This document shows, piece after piece, positions 18,439-24,491 of a stretch of DNA of 24,491 nt. Location of the stretch: the sequence record NC_017345.1. One strand, 5' to 3'. Made by a program: the position numbers and the translations under genes. The notes beneath the pieces were generated by a model. It was not told the origin of the DNA. It saw only the letters and a program-made list of their open reading frames with translations, and ran no database searches. This DNA is from a plasmid. Every line of letters begins with the position of its first letter. Position 1 is the stretch's first letter.

Positions 18439-19032
18439 TTGAAAATAGGTTATGCAAGAGTTTCAACTGGATTACAAAATTTAAATTTACAGGAGGATCG
18501 ATTAAATACATATGGTTGTGAAAAGATATTTAATGACCATATGAGTGGTTCAAAAAGTAAAAGACCTGGTTTAGATAAAGCAATTGAATTTGCGAGGTCG
18601 GGAGATACGATTGTTGTTTGGAGATTAGATAGATTGGGACGTAATATGGAAGATTTAATCACATTAGTCAATGAACTTAATGAGAGAGGCGTGAGTTTCC
18701 ATAGCTTAGAAGAAAATATAACCATGGATAAATCAAGTTCTACAGGACAATTATTATTTCATTTATTCGCAGCATTTGCAGAATTTGAACGTAATTTAAT
18801 TTTAGAGCGTTCTTCAGCTGGCCGAATTGCAGCACGTGCTAGAGGCCGATATGGAGGCAGACCAGAGAAATTAAATCAAAAAGATTTAAACTTACTTAAG
18901 ACACTTTATGATAATGGCACGCCAATTAAGACAATTGCAGAACAGTGGCATGTTTCACGTACAACAATTTATCGTTACCTCAATAAATTGGAGGACAAGG
19001 AAGATGAAAAACAAGGAGAAGTATCTAACTAA
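18439..19032 (+). CDS. binL: BinL serine recombinase/resolvase of Tn552 (197 aa)
   Basis: MKIGYARVSTGLQNLNLQ… catalytic Ser region and C-terminal HTH; overlaps the p480 start. Confidence 0.9.
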   Translation: MKIGYARVSTGLQNLNLQEDRLNTYGCEKIFNDHMSGSKSKRPGLDKAIEFARSGDTIVVWRLDRLGRNMEDLITLVNELNERGVSFHSLEENITMDKSSSTGQLLFHLFAAFAEFERNLILERSSAGRIAARARGRYGGRPEKLNQKDLNLLKTLYDNGTPIKTIAEQWHVSRTTIYRYLNKLEDKEDEKQGEVSN

Positions 19033-20446
19033 TTTTTCTGAAGCCAAACGTAAAAAAGCTATTCAAAAGTACAATATTATAAAACCTTTTATCCTAGGCG
19101 AACAATCTTTATCAAGTATTTCTAAAAGTAAAGGGATTGCGTTAAGCACCCTTTATAGGTGGAATAAGTCGTATAAAGAACAAGGACTTAAAGGACTAAT
19201 CTATGCGACAAGAGCTGATAAAGGAACACGTAAAATAGAACCAATGATAATTGATGAAATTGAACGCCTTGCGCTTATGAATAAAAGAAATAGTATAGCC
19301 ACAATTCATAGGAAAATCACTAATTACTGTAAAGAAAATAATTTTGATATACCAAGTTATAAACAAATTTATAGTGTTATTAAAGCGATGCCTAAGTCTG
19401 TTATTGATTTCTCTCATCAGGGTGAAAAATACTATCAAAATAAGTACGATTTAATACAAATTAGAGAATCCTCGAGACCCAATGAAATATGGCAAGCAGA
19501 CCATACTTTGCTAGATATCTTTATATTAGACCAAAAAGGTAATATCAATAGACCATGGCTAACTATTATTATGGATGACTATAGTCGTGCAATTGCAGGC
19601 TATTTCTTAAGTTTTGATGCCCCCAATGCTCAAAACACAGCATTAACACTACACCAAGCAATATGGAATAAAAATGATACCAATTGGCCAGTGTGTGGTA
19701 TACCCGAAAAATTCTACACAGATCATGGAAGTGACTTTACTTCACATCATATGGAACAAGTCGCTATTGATTTGAAAATTAACTTGATGTTTTCGAAAGT
19801 TGGTGTTCCTCGTGGTCGTGGAAAAATAGAACGATTTTTTCAGACAGTTAATCAAACTTTCTTAGAACAACTGCCTGGATATATAAACAATAACGATACT
19901 CCTAGTAATCTAATAAATTTTCACAATTTTGAAGAAAAATTACGTTACTTTTTAATTGAAGATTATAATCAAAAAGAACATAGTACTATTCATACCACGC
20001 CTATCAGTCGTTGGAATAGTAATCACTTTTTCCCTAATATGCCAAGTAGCTTAGAACAACTTGATTTATTATTGTTGGAAATACCTAAATCTAGAAAAGT
20101 TCATTCAGATGGCATTCATTTTCAAGGTTTTCGATACAGTAATACTAATCTAGCAGCTTATGTAGGTGAATATGTACTGATTCGTTATAACCCAAATGAT
20201 ATGGCTGAAATACGTGTGTTTTATAGAGATGAATTTCTTTGTACTGCTATATGTCCAGAAATAGCTGATTACTCCATAGATATAAAAGACATACAGCACG
20301 CTCGTAGTCAGAGAAGAAAACACTTAAAACAAAATATTGCTAGTCCAAGTACCACGGAATTAATTAAGGAAGAAAAAAATTGTGGTTATTCACCTCAAGA
20401 AACGACTAAAAACGTCAAAAAATTAAAGAGGTATCGTAATGACTAA
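19004..20446 (+). CDS. Tn552 transposase p480 (480 aa, DDE; start MKNKEKY with RBS ggagg)
   Basis: Length exactly 480 aa from the ATG at 19004. Integrase-type DDE core (…WQADHT…DHGSDF…E…). The track ORF is an in-frame upstream extension. Confidence 0.9.
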   Translation: MKNKEKYLTNFSEAKRKKAIQKYNIIKPFILGEQSLSSISKSKGIALSTLYRWNKSYKEQGLKGLIYATRADKGTRKIEPMIIDEIERLALMNKRNSIATIHRKITNYCKENNFDIPSYKQIYSVIKAMPKSVIDFSHQGEKYYQNKYDLIQIRESSRPNEIWQADHTLLDIFILDQKGNINRPWLTIIMDDYSRAIAGYFLSFDAPNAQNTALTLHQAIWNKNDTNWPVCGIPEKFYTDHGSDFTSHHMEQVAIDLKINLMFSKVGVPRGRGKIERFFQTVNQTFLEQLPGYINNNDTPSNLINFHNFEEKLRYFLIEDYNQKEHSTIHTTPISRWNSNHFFPNMPSSLEQLDLLLLEIPKSRKVHSDGIHFQGFRYSNTNLAAYVGEYVLIRYNPNDMAEIRVFYRDEFLCTAICPEIADYSIDIKDIQHARSQRRKHLKQNIASPSTTELIKEEKNCGYSPQETTKNVKKLKRYRND

Positions 20447-21254
20447 AAATCAAAATTTCATTGAAACGAAAGAGTATAAACGCTTTGCTGAATTTTGTGA
20501 TGCTTGTATTAAATATCAGTATATTGGTATATGTTATGGTCAACCTGGTGTCGGAAAAACTTTATCGTCTAGGTATTACACAAATTGGGATACTATTGAA
20601 AAACAAGTTAACCATAGAGGTTGGGAAGATTTAGCTAGTAAAACGACCGATGACATACTATCGGTGGATAAAATATTTTATACTGCACCAGCAGAAAAAC
20701 AAACTAAATTAAGGAATGATTTATATAGTATTACTGCAAGCATTGATTTGGGTCAAAAATTGCATGTTGTAAATAAGTATGGACATGAACATAGTAAACA
20801 TTATAGTGATATGTTTAAATATATTGATTTAATTATAGTAGATGAGATTGATCGCCTTAAAGTGCAACATTTAGAGCAATTAAGAGCTATTTATGATGAA
20901 CATAATTTAGCAATGATATTTATTGGTATGCCAGGCATAGAGAAAAAACTATCTCGTTATCCTCAACTATATTCGCGTATAGGTTTTGCGCATGAATTTG
21001 ATAATCTAAGTAAAGATGAGACGCATCATATATTAGAATATAAGTGGCAAGATTTAGGATTTGATTTAAAACTCGAAGACTTTACTGATTATGAGGCAAT
21101 AACGACGATTATTAAAATTACAAAAGGGAATTTTAGGCTGATTCATCGTTTATTTGCGCAGATAGACAGAATTATGGATATAAATGGTTTAGATAAAATA
21201 AGTACAGAAGTTGTAGAAACAGCTAGAGATAGTTTAGTTATAGGTATTCGATAA
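20439..21254 (+). CDS. Tn552 p271 ATP-binding transposition protein (271 aa, AAA+/MuB-TnsC-like)
   Basis: Walker A GQPGVGKT, Walker B IIVDEIDRL; overlaps the p480 stop by 8 nt. Confidence 0.9.
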   Translation: MTKNQNFIETKEYKRFAEFCDACIKYQYIGICYGQPGVGKTLSSRYYTNWDTIEKQVNHRGWEDLASKTTDDILSVDKIFYTAPAEKQTKLRNDLYSITASIDLGQKLHVVNKYGHEHSKHYSDMFKYIDLIIVDEIDRLKVQHLEQLRAIYDEHNLAMIFIGMPGIEKKLSRYPQLYSRIGFAHEFDNLSKDETHHILEYKWQDLGFDLKLEDFTDYEAITTIIKITKGNFRLIHRLFAQIDRIMDINGLDKISTEVVETARDSLVIGIR

Positions 21255-21386
21255 TAGAAAAAGCAACGCATTTTAATATAATGCGTTGCTTTTCTCATTT
21301 ATTAGGTAAAGTCATTCTCATATATCGAGTAAAGTGACAGATTAGGGTGTACTTAAATAACACAAAAGTAGGTTTAATATAATTAA

Positions 21387-23155
21387 TTATATTAAATTTA
21401 CATAATTTAAATCTATGAGTGGTACTTTTTCTTCTAATAATTCACTAAAAAATTCATCCACATTATCTTTTGAATTAATATAATTCCAGTTTAAATCGCT
21501 CTTATATCCTTTCTGATTTGAACCATATTTTTGACTCATGCAATAACTATTAATTTCTTTTTTTGAAATCACATTTTCTTTTATTAAATAGTAAATAAAG
21601 TATCTGAAATACCATAAATTTTGCGACATTACACCTACTGTTGCAGGATAATCATCCTTAGAATTTTTAAATAGATTATCAATTTTTTTTAATAAATTTT
21701 CTATTTTCCAAGACTTTCTTAGATATATTATTGTCAATAACGATAGAGATAAGTTATCTGTATTTTCATTTAGCAAACTCAAAACATCATTTTTTAAAAG
21801 AATATCTACATCATATTCAACAATATAAACAAGAATTTGGTATGTTTCTTGATGATAATTATTTTTATTATAAAATACTAACAATTTTCTAATTTCTTCG
21901 TTTCTATTTTTAAAATACTGTTTAACTTGTTTTGAGACTATTTTTTTATCGTCCATTTTAATAGTCAAATAGTTTAATAAAGATAGGCATCTATTTGTTA
22001 ATTTAGAGTCTTTTAGTGATAAATCTAATATGAATTGCAAGATATTGAATTTAGTAATATTATTCCTATATCCAAATATCTTACTTATTTGATGTTTATT
22101 TATTTTTTTCTTCTTTAAAGTATTTTCTATTACTGGGAAAATACTTTTTATTGCCCCTTTATTTCCTTTTCTTTCTTCATCTATACATAAATCAATAAAG
22201 TTCTTAATACCTATAATCCAAGTTTCATCTTTACTATTTGAGGAATAATTTTTGAAATAATTAAATATAAAGTCTTTGTTTTGTGGATGTATATATGGAA
22301 AATCATTTACTTCAGTTTTCTTGTCATTAATTTTTAATTCATATTTCATACATAGTTTGTTAAAATCTCTGTAAAATTTATCTTTCTCTTCTTCAAAATT
22401 AAATGAGAATGATATGTCATCCACATATCTCGCATATCTATACCCTTTATTTTCCATTTCAGAATCAATATAACACATATATAATTCACTAATAATACGA
22501 CTTAATATGTTGCCAGTAGGTATTCCATGAGTTTGATTATATTGACAGGATGTAATTAATTTATCTAATTGATTTGAAAAACCTTTCTTTCTTTTTTAGC
22601 ATTCTTCTTTCCCATTATTACCCAAGGTATGCTATGTGTATAAAGAGAATGATAAAAATTAGATAAATCAACGTTTAATATATGATTACCACCGTAAAGT
22701 AAAGTCTTTTTTAAATTGTCAGTAAATTTAAAATCAAAATCTGGAAGTGAAAAAAATTTAGATGTTGAAAATTTATTGGTTAGAAAAACTTCTTTAAATT
22801 CTTTTTTATTTTCTTGCATGAAAAACATCAAATTTAAATAGCTATAAATATTAGGAATCTTATATTCTCTTCTTGATGTATTATTTTTCGGAATAGTAAA
22901 TATTATTGGTTCAGTACTACGTATGTTTCTATCATTAAAAAATTTTTTAATGTAAAATGGATTATAAGTAATATATTCAGCTAATTTACTCATATTAAAT
23001 ATTTTCAAATAAAATGCATCTGATTTACCGTAGCTGTTTAATTCTGTTAAATCTTGATTATTTTTAGGAGTAATATCAAAATAACCATAATTAATTAAAA
23101 AATTAGTACTAAATAAATCATCGTACAATCTTTCCATTCTTTTTTTACTCTTCAT
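21387..23155 (-). pseudogene. Abi-type single-protein reverse transcriptase (~590 aa if read through): an N-terminal RT domain with motifs 1-5, then a ~300-aa K/N/Y-rich alpha-helical C-terminal domain. Broken by a -1 frameshift in an A6 run (22592-22597)
   Basis: Track ORFs 23155-22565 and 22478-21387 belong together. Motifs: FTIPKNNTSRREYKIPNIYSYLNLMF (1/2), NVDLSNFYHSLYTHSI (3), THGIPTGNILSRIISELYM (4, found by extending the downstream frame upstream across 22479-22595), RYARYVDDISFSF (5, YxDD). Reading A7 instead of A6 joins …GKKNAKK-KGFSNQLDKLITSCQYNQTHGIPTGN…. Confidence 0.75.
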
Positions 23156-23207
23156 AGCCTTTCTCCTACCTTTGCATTTCTCTACTAACCAGTGTTATAA
23201 TTTATAT

Positions 23208-23272
23208 AACGAAAATGATTAACAATTAATGCACCAATCCCCACACTATTGCAGTAGTGTGGGGATTTTTTC
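23208..23272 (+). ncRNA. SprA1AS-like antitoxin RNA: promoter TTGCAT-18-TATAAT (23181-23210), ~60-nt RNA ending at bidirectional terminator aatccccacactattgcagtagtgtggggatttttt
   Basis: Read directly. The RNA carries aacgaaaatgattaacaa, which matches the DNA around the toxin start codon (23376-23393, gtgaacgaaaatgattagcaa) and so is complementary to the toxin mRNA there. Confidence 0.6.
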
Positions 23273-23300
23273 GATGCTGGCTTATAAAGTCGCCTATTAA

Positions 23301-23393
23301 TTATTTGTTGCGTTTACTAAGCCAATAAGTATAATACGCAACAGCACAGCCACTGATGACTGGTGCTATGATGTGAACGAAAATGATTAGCAA
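23301..23393 (-). CDS. PepA1-like type I toxin, 30 aa (TTG start) MLIIFVHIIAPVISGCAVAYYTYWLSKRNK
   Basis: Near-identical to remembered S. aureus PepA1 (MLIFVHIIAPVISGCAIAFFSYWLSRRNTK). GAGGAGG Shine-Dalgarno; the 5'UTR can fold (cgcctatctctc / gagaggagg) to occlude the RBS; TATAAT promoter at ~23445. Confidence 0.75.
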   Translation of the reverse strand: MLIIFVHIIAPVISGCAVAYYTYWLSKRNK

Positions 23394-23517
23394 AGTAATG
23401 CACCTCCTCTCTTCGTCGATTGACGCCTGAGAGATAGGCGACTCTATTATTATACCATCTGTGAATATACAAGCATATCTACTTCCGATAAGTCGTCTTA
23501 TGTTATATAACTTCGTT

Positions 23518-23545
23518 TTTTATAGTATCAAGACAAAAGAAGAAA
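23518..23545. promoter_or_regulatory. orphan copy of the RC-plasmid dso nick-site motif (tatagtatcaagacaaaagaagaaac; reverse complement …TTCTTTTGTCTTGATACTATA), with no rep gene nearby
   Basis: About 35 bp nearly identical to the dso candidate at 4565-4600, with the same CTTGATA core. Confidence 0.4.
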
Positions 23546-23867
23546 CGCAGTTCAAAATCATCACCTAAATTCATTAATCTAAAGAAAAAACGGTGTAATA
23601 AATAGTGAATATTATAGTCTATTAAAGAATAGATTTAAAAACACTCTAAAAGGTGCATTAAAGATTTGTAAAACTTTAATATATCCTTTTTAGGTGAAAA
23701 CTTATGATAATTGTAGGTTCTCTCATTATCTATGATTATTAATTTTAACTGTATCTAGAAAATCATCACCCTAATCACAAATTGAAAATACTACTTTATC
23801 AAGATAAGAAAAAAGAAAAAACTTGCCCTAAGATTTTATAAAATCTTAGGGCAAGTCAGCTCAATAT

Positions 23868-24476
23868 CTAAATAACTAAAAATACAATATAAGTTAAAGT
23901 TTTCGCATCACTTCTTGGTATACCTGCTTTAACAAAAGCATTTTCAACAGCTGATTTCGTAGACTTATCTAACCTATCAATTGCATTAGACATCTTTCTT
24001 GAATATTTTTTTACTAGAACAGCATGTTTTCTACTTAATGGTTTAATGATCCAAGATATAGCAGTTCCACCATGTCTCAAAGAAGGTGATAGAGCCTTAA
24101 TAGCTTTTAAAGTTGCACCGATAGGACCTCTAGGAGTAGGCTTATTTGAGTTTAAAGTCATAGAATTATTAGCAAATACTGAAGAATTTAAAGCACCTTC
24201 TTGTTTTGCTAGTAAAACATCATTATCAAAATTAGGATTAAAAGCTCTTTGCTCATCTAGAAACATTTTAAATCCTTCATCATCTCTAGATAAAACTTCC
24301 CAAATATATTCTTGTCCTTCTAACAATTCATTGAATTCTACATTATCATTTTCTACTGTTTTAACAACTTCCTTATTTTCTGCAGCATGAACTACAGGTT
24401 CAAAACTAGAAAATAATAATGCAGTAGATGTTAGTACCAAAGTATTTTTAATAAAAAAACTTTTTAAATTCTTCAT
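23868..24476 (-). CDS. secreted hypothetical protein (202 aa; signal peptide cleaved after VHA-AEN; short hydrophobic C-terminal tail)
   Basis: Classical Sec signal (K-rich n-region, hydrophobic core, AXA site); RBS gaggataaaag upstream; no recognisable catalytic motifs. Confidence 0.5.
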   Translation of the reverse strand: MKNLKSFFIKNTLVLTSTALLFSSFEPVVHAAENKEVVKTVENDNVEFNELLEGQEYIWEVLSRDDEGFKMFLDEQRAFNPNFDNDVLLAKQEGALNSSVFANNSMTLNSNKPTPRGPIGATLKAIKALSPSLRHGGTAISWIIKPLSRKHAVLVKKYSRKMSNAIDRLDKSTKSAVENAFVKAGIPRSDAKTLTYIVFLVI

Positions 24477-24491
24477 ATGACTTTTATCCTC

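Noticed and set aside
16827-20446. Track ORFs 16827-17012(-), 17998-18192(-), 18450-18725(-), 19196-19438(-), and the 512-aa extended p480 ORF 18908-20446(+)
   Set aside because: The minus-strand ORFs lie antisense inside blaR1, blaI, binL and p480. The 512-aa ORF is an in-frame upstream extension; the real p480 starts at the RBS-preceded ATG at 19004, giving exactly 480 aa.
24046-24390. 114-aa plus-strand ORF
   Set aside because: Antisense within the secreted-protein gene.

Overview
This window looks like a mosaic segment of a staphylococcal (S. aureus-type) beta-lactamase/cadmium-resistance plasmid of the pSK1 / pIB485(pMW2)-like kind. All calls rest on reading the six-frame track and the raw sequence, plus remembered family signatures; no database search was possible.

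Main content, left to right:
- (a) An IS257/IS431-driven 'plasmid graveyard' of at least three rolling-circle (RC) plasmid relics. These are a pC194-type rep 3' fragment, two diverged pUB110-type rep fragments in inverted orientation, ssoA and dso origin elements, and a cadD-cadX cadmium cassette. One pUB110-type rep gene is split by IS257, and the matching 8-bp target duplication (taatgtaa) proves the insertion.
- (b) A theta RepA_N replicon: rep with in-gene 23-bp iterons, a candidate RNAI countertranscript, centromere-like repeats, and a pSK1-type par gene that is frameshifted in an A7 run.
- (c) Two complete sprA1/SprA1AS-type (Fst/PepA1-like) type I toxin-antitoxin modules.
- (d) A lactococcin-972-family bacteriocin locus: Sec-dependent prebacteriocin, DUF1430-like permease/immunity protein, YxeA-like protein, ABC ATPase, and a membrane-anchored XRE regulator.
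- (e) The sin resolvase, with a 6545-bp Tn552 (blaZ, blaR1-blaI, binL-p480-p271) sitting inside its res site and flanked by a direct repeat.
- (f) Immediately beyond Tn552, a ~590-aa single-protein reverse transcriptase (RT) of the abortive-infection (AbiA/AbiK/Abi-P2, 'UG/Abi') kind. Its RT motifs 1-5 and a long K/N-rich helical C-terminal domain can be recognised, and its reading frame is broken by a single-base deletion in an A6 run. It is divergently adjacent to one of the toxin-antitoxin modules.

The RT is the most interesting candidate for an uncharacterised (anti-phage) system here. A secreted 202-aa protein and a polytopic 162-aa membrane protein of unknown function sit at the window edges.
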